Assembly: GCF_018977255.1 (NCBI RefSeq)
Contig: NW_024704743.1
Location: 105,836,001 to 105,900,000 of the forward strand
From: Callorhinchus milii
Taxonomy: Eukaryota
DNA: 64,000 nucleotides
Direction: 5' to 3'
Shown here: positions 25,681 to 38,533 of the stretch, piece by piece
Layout: each line of letters begins with the position of its first letter
How positions within the stretch are numbered: position 1 is the stretch's first letter
Notes under the pieces: generated by a model
Seen by the model: the letters and a program-made list of their open reading frames with translations, nothing else
Told to the model about the DNA's origin: nothing
Database searches by the model: none
Translations under genes and position numbers: made by a program

Positions 25681-27109
25681 ATAAAAAAAAGTTATTCTTT
25701 GTTTTATTTTATCACTTTTTGTCTTTTTTTCCTCCTTGAATTCCCCTCTGATTTCCTCACCTCATGCCTCCTTTCCTGCAATACAATGACTCATGGTGCT
25801 TTCTGATACCAAAGATGCTGGAGGCCATCCAGTACTTTTCATCAAGCACAAGGACAGACAGTGAGTGTCAGTGGGCAATTTGACCTGGGGAAAGGGATGT
25901 TAAAGTTGATCCCATCCAACAGGGGTTTGGATAGGTAGCAATACAAGGAATCCTGGCCTAATTGTTTCCTCCTCTTTGATGCCAAAATTAAACCCCAAAC
26001 CGTCTGCCTGATTAATACTTGGAAACTCAGCAAACAACAGGGGGCGCCAAAGCCTGGTGCCCACCTGAACTGTGTGGCTCAGTTCCTGCAGAGATGAATA
26101 GGTCCCATGTTGTTTACCCTTGACCTACTGTTTTCCCAGAGAATAATCAATGCAACAGTTTGTCAGGAAAGATGATAGAAGCCAGGACACTGGACTCATT
26201 TAAAAAGCAGCTTGGTGCTGTGATGGAGGAAACAGAAGGGTGACTGTACTGGAAGGATGAGATGGGTTGGGTCAAAGGAACTTCTTCATCCAAACCAATT
26301 TTGTGATTGTGCAACATCTGAGAAGTAATCTATGGAATTTTAATGCCAGTATTGTAATTTAATGTGAGTTTTTTCTCTTTAAAAGTGATAATTATCACTT
26401 TGAACCTTTGTGTTTTCCATCCTGTTCTTACACTTTTGTTTTGCCGACATCTTCAAAGGGTTAAATAAATAGGAATAATGCAGTGAAAATATTGTTTCTA
26501 TGCAAGCCAAAATATGTGATGTTTCATGCCAGAGTGTTTCGGTTTGTGGAGAAACTGACTTCGATCCAGGTGACCTGAAATGCGGGTGGGATTGTTGCTA
26601 CATATTTAATCACTTGCTATTAGAAATTCAATAAATTATCAATTTAATTTGAAAAGAGGCATTTACCACACAGACCTTTAGAGCATGCTTGTGATTACAG
26701 TGGGCTCCTTAACAACTCATTATAAATCAGTCGCAAGCGCCAGCCAATCTGAATTCAGCATTGGCGGTGCGAGACGACCCTGTTGCTCAGCAAGCAAGTT
26801 GGCATTCGGAACAGCTAATTCCTTAGTTTCTCACCTCACGCAGTGCTTGACTGGCGCATTGAAAAATCCAGATTTACAATTTCTGTGATTTACATCTGGA
26901 ATAATGTAAAATTATTAGCAAGTTAGTAAGGGCCAAATGGCATCACAGTGACAGTGAACCGAGAGTGACTTATAAATGCCATCTGATTGCAGCTTTGAAT
27001 TAATTCCATTCGTGGTTTCATAAATACTGCTTGTTTGGTTATGTTTGTGAGCTACAGCGTGTGTTGGGATGCCAACATGATACGATGCCAACATGTGACA
27101 TCGCGCAAG

Positions 27110-27215
27110 GGAAGGTCACATGGAGCAAATGGGATTCAAAGATCCTCCAAGATCTAATAAAATGGAATAACAGGCTCGAAGGGCTGAATGGCCTACTGCT
27201 GTTCCTGTGTTCCTA
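27110..27215 (+). mobile_element. CR1 3' tail
   Basis: CAGGCTCGAAGGGCTGAATGGCCTACT matches the reverse complement of 967-1010. Confidence 0.75.
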
Positions 27216-27819
27216 AAACACGTCACTTCTCTGTAGAGTTGTATATGCTTTGTTCACTTCTATTAATGTACATTATATATAGAAGCCCCTTCAGAATAGC
27301 TAGAGTTTGCCCACAAAAAATGGATGATCACTACATTTTACTGTAAATCTTGTGAAGTGCTTTCAGATGTTGTGCCAACATGAGAGATGCTATATCAAAT
27401 GTAAAGATTTATTGTTTAAAAGGAAGAGTCAGAGAAGTAGCAATAGAAAATTTGATGTATTAACATCTTGGCAAGTGAGGTCATTGTATGATTTGCTGCA
27501 GGTTACAGCAGCAGCAGGAGAAATCTCGGCTTCCGCCACTTGAGTGGCTGTCACTCCAGTGGTGCAGACCTGCCAGCAACTGAATTCACTACTGCCTGGG
27601 ACTGAGATCCTGAGATTCATTACTTATAGTAATTTGACTTCTTATGTTCTCCAACACTTCAAATTCCTAATTGTTTGCCATTTTCCCCTCTCTTTTCTGA
27701 AGATGTTTTTCTTCTCTAGATATTTCTTTTATTTTGGCTCTCATCTGCCAATTTTTCTCCTCCAATTTTCTCTTCCTATCTTCCTACTTCCACAGGTGAT
27801 GATCGTTCTGCCATATTTC

Positions 27820-28060
27820 TCGTGAGTGTCCATTATTTATGTGTGACCCATGACCGTGCGTATCACAGGCCATCTGATAAAGTGACACGTTCTGTACTTA
27901 TCCGACATCCACACACATGCACTTTCGAACAACAATTATTTAATAGTATTCAGGTATGCAAATCCTGCTTGTTTTCTTTTCCTGTTCTTAGCCTAGAGGC
28001 ACAAAGGTTGATTTTAGCACCCAAACTAGTGCCTTGACTGATTAATGCTGCACAGACCAG
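27820..28060 (-). mobile_element. Very old SINE relic (LF-SINE-related type)
   Basis: CCGACATCCACACACATGCACTTTC, shared with ~29772-29800. Confidence 0.4.
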
Positions 28061-29004
28061 AAGCTGTGTGTCAGCCAGGTTCAGTTGGTAACACCCTTAC
28101 TTAATCAGAATGTTGTGGGTCTCAAGCCCCTGTTGGGACTTTCAAGTTATATAATCTAGGCATATCTTAATTTTATGTATGAATTAGGTTTGTGAAATTG
28201 TGGGGTGGGTGAATGTGATGCATGATATTATCAGAGAGGCTAAGCACATGAATATGTGTGTGCATTGCTCAGAAGCAATCAAGTTATCCATCTATCTATT
28301 TTTAGACCAGTTTTCTAAACTCAGAATCAGTCTCTTGTATCTGTAATGAGATTAGAGCTTGTTAATAAATCAGTTAGTGCAATAAATGCAATCATTCTGT
28401 ATTCATACGCTATATCTAGCATATGTCAACCAACGTATCACATGACATATTGGTATATCACACACAAAACTCATGATGCTTGTTGACCATAGCTTGCTCA
28501 GATGATGATTATCTTTTCAGTGGTATCTGAAGTGAATTAGATACAATTTGTTCAAGTTGCGAATTAGATTAGAATCTTTGCAGCCCTGTTTGAATACAAT
28601 CCTAATGGCCACCTCAAGCACTAAGGTCCAATATTGTCAACAGCTGCACATAGGCAGCGGGTGGCTAGGGCTGGAGGGGTCTCAACCACACACCCCAATC
28701 TATCTATAGATCACATCTTTTAGGGGAGCTGGGAAGGAAAGCCCAAAGCTCTGAGGAGATCATCAGCCAGTCCTCCAAGCAGTCCCAACCTATGCTACCC
28801 ACAGGCCCCCTCTTGCCCCAAGTTGTTGACGGTGCCTGCCCACTTCTGGTCCGGTGGGCTGCTTGTCGGGGCATCCATACTTCTGATTAGCCAATGGATC
28901 GCATATATTAAAGGGGACTGACCTTTTAACTGAGCGTTACTCAGCCCCCCCCCCACCCCCAAGAATATTTTTACCCACCGCCTACGAGTAAAACCCAATG
29001 ATGC

Positions 29005-29120
29005 AGTTATATCTAGAGCAGAATTCAGTCATATAGGTAGATCCAAGTGGCAAACAGTTAGATCCACAGTGTAATCCAATGACGTACAGGTAGATCTACA
29101 GTGTAACCCAGTAACATACC
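29005..29120. repeat. Degenerate ~32-bp tandem repeat
   Basis: GTTAGATCCACAGTGTAATCCAATGACGTACA / GGTAGATCTACAGTGTAACCCAGTAACATACC. Confidence 0.7.
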
Positions 29121-29159
29121 AAATGGTGTAGAAGCCAGAGTCCCTGTATGAGTTACCAA

Positions 29160-29267
29160 GCTCACAAATTTACAGTCAATTCACTTTACAGCATATTTTG
29201 TGAAGCGCTTGGAGACGTCTAGAATACGTGAAAAGCGCTATATCAAATGCAAGGATTATTATTATTA
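29160..29267 (+). mobile_element. SINE tail-only copy
   Basis: Matches the young SINE 3' end. Confidence 0.85.
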
Positions 29268-30995
29268 AGCTAATTTCATGCTGGGGTAATATTATTGTTG
29301 TGCCTTACACCAAAAATTTGTATCCCGCTCACCCTGGGAAATTTTACCTGTAGAATTGACACAACCAACAAGATGCCATGCCTGGCTTAGATTTGTCTCT
29401 TGTGTACAATGTTCTCTGGATATGTTTACCTTCTCTCTGTCGAGGAACGAAAACGAATATAATTGTGGAAGTGTGTAACTTGAATGGCTAATCTCCAATG
29501 GGAGTAATCAGAACTAAACTCACTCCTGTGCCCATCTGAGGACTGAATTTCTACTCAGTCTTAGCCCATAATATCATTTCATCTTCAAATTTCAGATTGT
29601 GAAGAATCGTGGAAAATTCTGAAAAACAAACTTGATTTTGATAGACGTTTCTCAACTTTTTTTAAGAAAAAAAGATTTTTATGTTAAGACTGAAATTAAG
29701 AATTTTCTACCACTTTGTGCAATATGAAATTTGAAAGACAAAATGGTCTGAGTCAAGGTGAAATTACGTACCTCTGATATCCACAAAGGTGCACTTTCCA
29801 GTGAGGGACAGCAATCAGGAGCCGTGATATTTTCCTTCATTTACATAGGGGTTGCTAAATACAATTAAAACTTCTCCCCCCCCCCCCCCCCCCACCACCA
29901 CCTCACATACCCCCTCCAACTGATATTCCTGCTGAGATCTCCGCACAAACAGGGATTCAAAACTGAAATGTTCTGGTCTGCGGGCTTGACTGCTGCTGCA
30001 GAATGAGCCTATACCGACCTTGACCAAGAGAAGCGCTTGTGATTTTTAAAAGAAAATATATGTACGCTTTACGGTGGAGCCTTGTACTCACAGGGAGCCT
30101 TTTCTTGCTTAGTTCTTGTAGTTTTACTAGCAGTGTTGAATAAGCCAGACTCTTCAACAAAGGTCGAAAGGTTTATTTCCGGTTGTTAAGATGTTACATT
30201 TACATGACTCCACTGAGCATTTAATTGGAATTAACTTGCCAACAACAGTAAATAACGGTGAGAGAATACAAAATATACCCTTCATACAGCTCAGTAATAA
30301 ACATACATGCTTCACACATTTTTTTCTGAAAGAAGCTCAATATATGTATATGATTCCTCACCCACTTACCTCCAGAGTTGCTAACAGTGAAATAAGCTCG
30401 CAATAAATGAAGGGAGGAACACGTATAGTAATACTGTTGCCATTTTGAATGATCAATTCCAGCCTCAGGCACTTTAATTAGCCACCAGAGGACTATAAAA
30501 ATGTTAAACAACAACAACAAATTGCATTTATATAGCGCCTTTCACGTCAGGAGAACGTCCCATAATAAGCTGATTCTAATAAGCTGATTCCTTTCAAATC
30601 CCTCATGCAGTGATTGCATGCAATCCTTGCAGTGATTCAACAAGAATCGGTCATCTACAACAGACATGTGTACAGTAGGAAACCAAAGGAAAACCTCTAA
30701 CAAAATGTGCATCACATGTGGCAAAAAAAAGTTCCCCCACTGAGTGTCCTGCAAACCCCTGCTGGTTCTGAAATATCTCAGCCTGAAATTCCTCCTAAGA
30801 ATTGAACCAATCTGTGCAAAACAAAGCGGAAGCCAGTATTCAAAAAAAACGAGACTCCATTCTGCAAAATAAGATACATAAATGATGAAAGTTTGTAATA
30901 CATTGAGTGACTAGTTCATCTGGGGATTATTCCATACTATGCACTCTGTACAATTAATCATGAGTTTCTCCCTCTTGATACAGTTTGTGAATTTA

Positions 30996-31307
30996 GAGTC
31001 CTGTAGCTCAGTGGTTAGAGCACTCGCCTTGCAAGTGAGAGACCTGAGTTCAATTCCAGGCAGGGCGAAACCTTGGGCGAGTTTCCTTACTCCACACGAC
31101 TGATAATAATCCCTCCAAAACAAAAAACAATAATAAATTGGTCATTTTCAATCCACGGCTGTTTGTGGGATACTGCTGTGTGCAATTGGCTGCCGCGTTT
31201 TGCCCACAAATATACGGTCAATTCACTTTACAGTATATTCTGTAAAGTGCTTCAAGACATCTAGAAGATGTGAAAAGCGCTATATCAAATGCAAGGATTA
31301 TTATTAT
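30996..31307 (+). mobile_element. Young tRNA SINE, short subfamily, full length
   Basis: Head, body and tail collinear with 11934-12242. Confidence 0.95.
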
Positions 31308-31827
31308 AATTTGTCCCTGTGTGCGTATATCCAAGGAAATACCCAAGGAAGACAAAATATACGTGGCAAATTTACCTGTCTAGTCAAAGTTACATTACAT
31401 TGGTAAACAGCAACATACACTTATAAAAAAAAGTTTGTTTTGGGACAACATCTCAAAGTATTTTACAAAGTTGGAGCAGAGCCATTTTCATTGTGGTTTA
31501 CCATGTGGAAACATCTCGAATTACATTTCACTGCACTTTACAGTATATCCGTGAAGGATATATTTTTAAATTTTAATGTGGTTGTAAGAATCCAACATGT
31601 AAGAACCCTAGGTGAGATTTTTTGTAGTCTCAACCCAGTTCCAGTGGGTGTAGGCTCGGAAAAATAAAACTGCTGAGTTTTTCCTGCTTGAGATTAATTC
31701 TGGTTTGAAGTCTGTTAACACAGGCCCAACCAACCTTTCAATGAACCTGTTAGCAGGCTCTTCAGCTGTGGTTGTTACCTGCCATTTCCATCCATTTTTA
31801 ATTAAAACAAAGTTGGAATAATGTAAC

Positions 31828-32085
31828 AATTATAATCCTTGCATTCGATATTGTGCCTTATCACATTATCAAAATGTCTCAGAGAGCTTCACAGAATTTA
31901 CTGCAAAGTTTAGTGATTATATTTGAAGACGAATGTGCCAGGGAATTTGTCCACAGTAATGTTCAACAAATAGCGATGAAGTGAATGATCTATTTTCTCT
32001 GGGAGATGGTTGGCCAGGATACCAGGAGAAACTCCCTCTTCTTTTTCAAACAGTACCAAAGGATCTTTAATGATCACCTGAACAG
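31828..32085 (-). mobile_element. Old DeuSINE
   Basis: Tail, Deu motif, GGCCAGGATACCAGGAGAAACTCCC. Confidence 0.75.
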
Positions 32086-32159
32086 TTACAACTGATTGTC
32101 CAGTCTGTTTGTACTTGTGAATCACAGATTGTTGTAATGTTTCTCTGTGTCACTTTTGC

Positions 32160-32535
32160 TAATATATAGAATATATATATATTTCATTATTATAATAATA
32201 TACTGATTGGATAAACATATAGCCTGATGGGTTCTGAACATTCATAGTTAGATTATTAAACTATTATTAAACAATTAAATGGGTTCATCAGGGCATATTT
32301 TTTATCTGATAACAAAATGCATATTATTAATATATTTATATTTTTCTTATTATTGTAGATTGATATTGTAATACTATTATACTAATTATTATAAAAATAT
32401 ATAGACTTTATTATATATTTAGAATTTTAATAATAATAAGAAATATATTATTATATAGAATAATATTAAATATATAAACAATATAATAATTATATTTATT
32501 GTATTATTGTTCTTATTATATCTATAATAAATACA
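32160..32535. repeat. Extremely AT-rich low-complexity tract
   Basis: Composed almost entirely of TAT/ATA/TA motifs. Confidence 0.85.
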
Positions 32536-33552
32536 ATGGAAATACACTGCAGATATATCTCAAAAAAGTTAGATTAACAACTTAGAGAACTACTTTTATT
32601 TTAGATTTCCAGCTTTTACAATTTCAAAATTGTACACAATGGACCAGCATTTCATCAATAGAATAGGAGGGTTAAAGCACACCATGATTCAAGAGCTGTT
32701 ACTGTGACACAGGTTACATTTCCTTCCTCTCTCCTTATCTGTCTTTAGCTGTGAAGGGACAATACTTCATGTGATAAAGCCCTAAATAGCACAACTCTGT
32801 AATGTTTCCATACAATGTCAATGGCCGTGAAGCCTCAAATCATGGATTCGTTTAGAACCCATCAGGCAATATTTTTATCTGATAACTCAGTTCATTGAAT
32901 GTGAACCACAGGGTGTTATTTCACAGCTATTCTTGGAGATATCAGCAATTGTTTTGAATGGTGTTTTTAACAGCATTCTGGCACGGAGAGGTGTTCACCT
33001 GTTACCTGAACTTGAAGCTGAACTGCTCTGCTCTGCAGTAAAATTTTGGAACCATCAGGAGCAACCATTGTTTGCCTGTTCTTCCCATTCACAAGTTTGT
33101 TGATCAAACAACCATTAGGTTTACGCACATAACAGGGAAGACTTAATTGGATCGAAGTTGAAAAGGGTTGTTGCTTTAATTAGGTTTTTTGATGGCTAGA
33201 TTTGCAAGTCTGATTCTTTTAAAGAGGATGACCTGTAATACACAGGAACTCTGTAATAGCTATAACATTACTCTGCAGCTAAATGTTAAAACTAACTCAC
33301 ACAACTACACTGTAATAAAATTATTAAAGTTAACTACTGCGTATGGCCCAAAAAATACAATCACTCCACTTTACAATATATTCTGTGAAACGCTTTGAGA
33401 CAGCTTGATGACTTGATAAGGCTCTATATTAAATGCAAGGATTATCATTATTAATATTATTATTAATAATGTTAGTAATATTAACTCATAGATCTAACTG
33501 TAATATTACTCTAAAGCTAAATGTTAAAGTGAACGCAAAGACCTACACTATA

Positions 33553-33769
33553 ATCATAGAATTATGCAGCACAGAAGGAGGCCATTCAGCCCATTGTGTC
33601 TGTGCCGGCTCTTTGGAAGAGCTGTCCAAATTAGTCTCACTCACTCCTCTCTCCCTACAGCCCTGGAAATTTGTCCCCCCAAATATTTATCTACTTCTCT
33701 TTTGAAAGTTGCTATTGAATCGGCTTTCACCACCCTTTCAGGCAATGTATTCCAGATCTGAACAACTCA
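33553..33769 (-). mobile_element. CR1 3' fragment
   Basis: Similar to 14010-14230. Confidence 0.85.
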
Positions 33770-34231
33770 GATTATTACTCTGAAGGTAAACGTTAAGGTT
33801 AACTCAACAGATCTACTTGGAGAGAAACACCTGAAGTTTTGCTTTTACCTTCATATCCATTTCAAATGGTTCAAAACAACTCTAGCAGTTTCCCAAACAA
33901 AGCTTGGACCAAAAGCTGGCTAAAGCTTAATCGATTCAGTTAATTGATTCAGTTGCCTTTTGGCTCTTCAGAACCTATTGTTCTGGAATACTGACCTGAC
34001 GTCCCCTCATTGCAGCATCAAACTTGTGCTTAAATGAGTCCAGAGTTCTGCCTTCAAACGCCCTTCCTAGTCATCTTTTTCAGGCATTTTTACCCTCTGT
34101 GTAAAGTAATACTTCTTGGTGTCTGTCCTTAACATGCCTGTTATAACCCTGAACCTGTGGCAGCTTATTCCACTATTTTAGCACACTTGAAAGTACTGTT
34201 TTGGGTTTACTTCCTCAACCACCTAGAATTT

Positions 34232-34343
34232 GTTTCGCCCACAAATATACAGTCAATTCACTTTACAGTATATTCTGTGAAGCGCTTTGAGACGTCTAGA
34301 AGATGTGAAAAGAACTATATCAAATGCAAGGATTATTATTATT
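34232..34343 (+). mobile_element. SINE tail-only copy
   Basis: GTTTCGCCCACAAATATACAGTC...(ATT)n. Confidence 0.9.
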
Positions 34344-34552
34344 AATCTTATATAAATCTCCTTTTAAAGCTGAAGGGTCTTATCAAAGCTAAATGTTCTT
34401 CATAGCTCACCCATCTAATACTGAGGATCATCCTTCTTACTCTCCTGTGCGTGGTCTCTGATCCTGGGCAGCTCGCTTGACTCCTGGTTATATTGTACTA
34501 CACTATAATATAATACACTATATTTTTCTATGCTATGTGATCTATCATGTAG

Positions 34553-35646
34553 GTAGGTAGTAAACAGTGAAAAGGACAGTAGCCAACTGCAGGAGGACAT
34601 ATGGTAAAATGGGCAGACACGTGGCAAATGAATTTCAATGTGGAGAAATGCGAGGTAATGCATTTTGGAAGAAAGAATAAGGGGAGGCTATATAGGCTGG
34701 TAATACAATCTTAAGGGGGATAAAAGAACAGAGAGACCTGAGGGTGCAGGTAAATGAATCCTTGAAGGTGGCAGGACAGGCAGATAAAGCTGTAAAAGGG
34801 GCATATGGGATGCTAGGCTTTATAAATAGGGGCATAGAGTACAAGAGTCAGGAGGTTATGATTAATAATAATAATAATAATAATAATAATCCTTGCATTT
34901 GATATAGCGCTTTTCACGTCGGGAGGACGTCCCAAAGCGCTTCACAGAACACACTGTAAAGTGAATTGACTGTATATTTGTGGGCGAACGCGGCAGCCAA
35001 TTGCGCACAGCAATGTCCCACAAACAGTCGTAGATTGAAAATGACCAATTTATTATTGTTTTTGGTTTTGGAGGGATTATTATTAGGCGTGTGGAGTAAG
35101 GAAACTTGCCCAAGGTTTGGCCCTGCCTGGAATTGAACTCAGGTCTCTCACTTGCAAAGTGAGTGCTTTAACCACTGAGCTACAGGACTCCACGATCTAT
35201 ATAAATCTATATAAAACGCTGGTTAGGCTTCAGATAGAATACTGCGCCCAGTTCTGGGCACCACACTATAGGAAGGATGTTAAGGCATTGGAATGGGTGC
35301 AGAGGAGATTTACGAGGATGGTACCAGGAATGAGGGACCTTGATTATGATTTGTCGGTGACTCGAGGTCACAGATTTAAAATAGTTTCCAAAAGAAGCAG
35401 AGGGGAGGTGAGAAATTTTTTCACGCAGCGAGTTGTTCAAATCTGGAATGCATTGCCTGAAAGGGTGGTGGAGGCTGATTCGATAACAACTTTGAAAAAC
35501 GCGGTGGATGGGTATTTGAGGAGGACGGGTTTGCAGGGTTATGGAGAAAGGGCTGGGGAGTGGGATTGACATTAATTGCTCTTTTCAAAGAGCCAGCACA
35601 GACTCGATGGGCCGAATGGCCTCTTTTTGTGTTGTATGATTCTATG
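34553..35646 (+). mobile_element. CR1 LINE 3' part, same family as 14007-15451; interrupted by a SINE; internal ~130-bp deletion
   Basis: LYKTLVRLQIEYCAQFWAPHYRKDVKALE; collinear with the reverse complement of 14007-14905. Confidence 0.95.
34862..35193 (-). mobile_element. Young tRNA SINE, short subfamily, nested in CR1
   Basis: Near-identical to 7338-7656. Confidence 0.95.
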
Positions 35647-35984
35647 TGTCGATCACTAAAAGTAGCACTTTTCCCATTGACCTTTGATGAAATCATCAGA
35701 AATATTTGATTTCTATCCCCATGTAGAATTCAGAAGTTTCTGCTCAAATCCATCTCTTTTTTCAGCTTCATTATTCTCAACATATTTCCTCTTTACTTCC
35801 AGTGGAAACTAAACGAGATTCATGGAAGAAAGATTGGATGATTTATTTCCAGTTGTCAAAGTAATAAATTTGTAATTTCCGTTAACATATCCTAGGATAA
35901 CAATACGTTTACCATATGGTGCAAAGGCTGGAGCCAGGCCACAATTTTGACACAAAAGGGTTGGTGCCATTAGGGTTTTGTGAT

Positions 35985-36385
35985 AATCTTTGCATTTGAT
36001 ATAGACCCATTCACATCAGGGAGGATATCTCAAAGTACCTCACAGGATTACTGTAAAGTGGCGTAACTGTGTATTTTGCAGGCAAACACAGCAGCCAATT
36101 TATGTGGAAAAATGTCCCACAAACATCCATGAAGCGAATGTTCAATTTGATCTGGATTATTGGCCAAAACAAATTCCCTTTACTTTGTCATGGGATCATC
36201 AACGTCCACCTGAACCAGCAGACAGGACCTCGGTTTAACGTCCCATCCAAACAAGACACCTCCAATAATGCCAAACTCCTTCAGCACTACACTGGAACAT
36301 CACCTTTGACTGTGATCCTTTTGATGTGGAGCTTTAACCCACAAACTTTTGACTCAGAGGTGAGAGTTTCAATTTAGTTCAGGGC
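35985..36385 (-). mobile_element. Old full-length DeuSINE
   Basis: Tail, Deu, GGACCTCGGTTTAACGTC, head GACTCAGAGGTGAGAG. Confidence 0.8.
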
Positions 36386-36669
36386 TCATAACTACCAGTA
36401 TTAGCGTACTGTGTGAAGTTTACACCAGAAGAGAAACAAACAGGTCTGAGATGATCATTTGGTTCAATGTCGAGAGATTGCACAACTGAACAAATTACGT
36501 GTGTTTCTCCAAGAATTCCCAGCTCTAATATATAAATATTTATATAGCACCTTTCAAGTCAAAGAAAATCTATTGAAGTACTTCACAAAAAGAGAGTAAT
36601 TGTAAATGCTATGTTTACAGTGCACGCTTAATGGTGAATTAATTTTGGAAGAGATTCAGCACCAAATTC

Positions 36670-36893
36670 TAATAATAATAATCCCTCCAAAACAAAAAAA
36701 ACCAATAATAAATTGGTCATTTTCAATCTACGACTGTTTGTGGGACATTGCTGTGCGCAATTGGCTGCCGCGTTCGCCCACAAATATGCAGTCAATTCAC
36801 TTTACAGTCTATTCTGTGAAGCGCTTTGGGACGTCCTCCCGACGTGAAAAGCGCTATATCAAATGCAAGGATTATTATTATTATTATTATTAT
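36670..36893 (+). mobile_element. Young SINE, 5'-truncated
   Basis: Near-identical to 7447-7656. Confidence 0.95.
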
Positions 36894-38207
36894 AAATCAT
36901 TCTATATAAATGGGAGTCTGATAGTGCAAATCACTTTGGAGACTCAATGCTGACACAATTTTGAAGATGTTGTATTGATTGATGTGATTCACTCGCACAG
37001 TACAAACATGGCAGGTGTGAGGGCATTGGAGAAGCTCCCTTTTCTTTTCACATTGCGTCATAGGATTTTTAACATCCACTTGAATAGACAGACAGGACCT
37101 TGAGCTTAACATTTCAAGAATATCAAGAACACCACATATGACAATGCAGCACTTCTTCAAATGTGCTCAGAACACACGGGGTTTGAACCCACAACCTTCT
37201 GACCCTAAGGCGAGTGCTAGCAAATAAGCCAAGCTGAGACATCTAGTATTATACTGGCCTGTGCTGAAATCAGTCAGTATCACTATTGAGCAACACAACC
37301 TGTGAAGTTCGTCTGTTTACACCAACATAGATTCAGAGTGCACAAATTAGTCAGTGTATTGTTTTATGAGGATCAGATTTCAACTCCTGAGACAGAGGGT
37401 AAACACAGCAAGACGGATATAAACCCGATTATTTACAGTTTCCAAAGCAAAACAAAAAATGCTGCGTCTCTTTGAAACATATTTGCATGACAGAAGAAAA
37501 CAAATACATTCTAGCTCCTTTTCTGAAATGACTTGCAATATGTTATTTTCCCATGTTACTTGTGGGAATCAGGTTTTTGGTACAAAATTGCTTGCTTATG
37601 GCTGAGAACTGGTTATTCTAGACACTCAACAAGCAAGCTAAGCCCTTAAAGCACTGCTGCCAGTGGAGAGAACCTGTTTTGATGAATTCCCTAATTTGTC
37701 TCACACACATCTTGGGTTGTATTCTCGCTGTGTTCTTGTAGATGGCTTGACAGCAGAAGTTGGTGTCCGGCTTGATTTGTTTTCTTTTTCTGCGCTTGCC
37801 ATTCTATCTGCAATGCACAAGTTGTGTTATTTTTCCTGTAATGTTTGTTGGAGCGCAGCTGCAGTTTATTTTTCTTCTGAAGTGGCAGGAAAGGAAATCT
37901 GGAAAAATGTAGCTCATATGTCACCAGCAATTACAGGGGCCGATGTTCCTAGTATCAGTGCAATGACAGCTTAACATATGTTCAGGTTAACTTCTATGTA
38001 ACTGGGGAGTAACTAAAACAACATACGTAGTCCAGAGTTTGTTAATTTCTATAAAAGGCAAAGGTAAAACAGCCTGAGCTTCACCTCTTCCTCTTATAAC
38101 CGAATGTTTAAGGAAACAACATACCCCAAAGACAAGACTGCCTAAGTAACTGCAAAAAAATCCTTTCAAAATTTCTGACTCACGTAAATTGAGAGTTGTA
38201 GTGCTTT

Positions 38208-38533
38208 ATAATAATAATCCTTGCATTCGATATAGCAATTTTCATGTCTTCGAGATGTCTCAAAGCGCTTCACAGAATATACTGTAAAATGAATTGACTG
38301 TATACTGTACAGTAGTGTCCCACAAACAGTCGTAGATTGAGTACCAAATTATTATTATATTTTTTGAAGGGATTATTACCCCCGGAAAAGCAATCCACCA
38401 TTCGACTAACAACTGGGTTCCTATTTACTGTGGAGTAAGAAAACTTGCCTAATGTTCCGCCCTGCCCGCCATTCAAACCCAGGTCCTCTCATTGCAAGGC
38501 AAGTGCTCTAACCAATACGCTACAGGGCTCCAC
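38208..38533 (-). mobile_element. tRNA SINE, long subfamily
   Basis: Head, long-form segment, tail. Confidence 0.85.

Noticed and set aside
27797..27822. 26-bp micro-exon (TTCCACAG|...|GTGAGT)
   Set aside because: The donor lies within an old SINE relic, the pyrimidine tract is low-complexity, and the exon would shift frame
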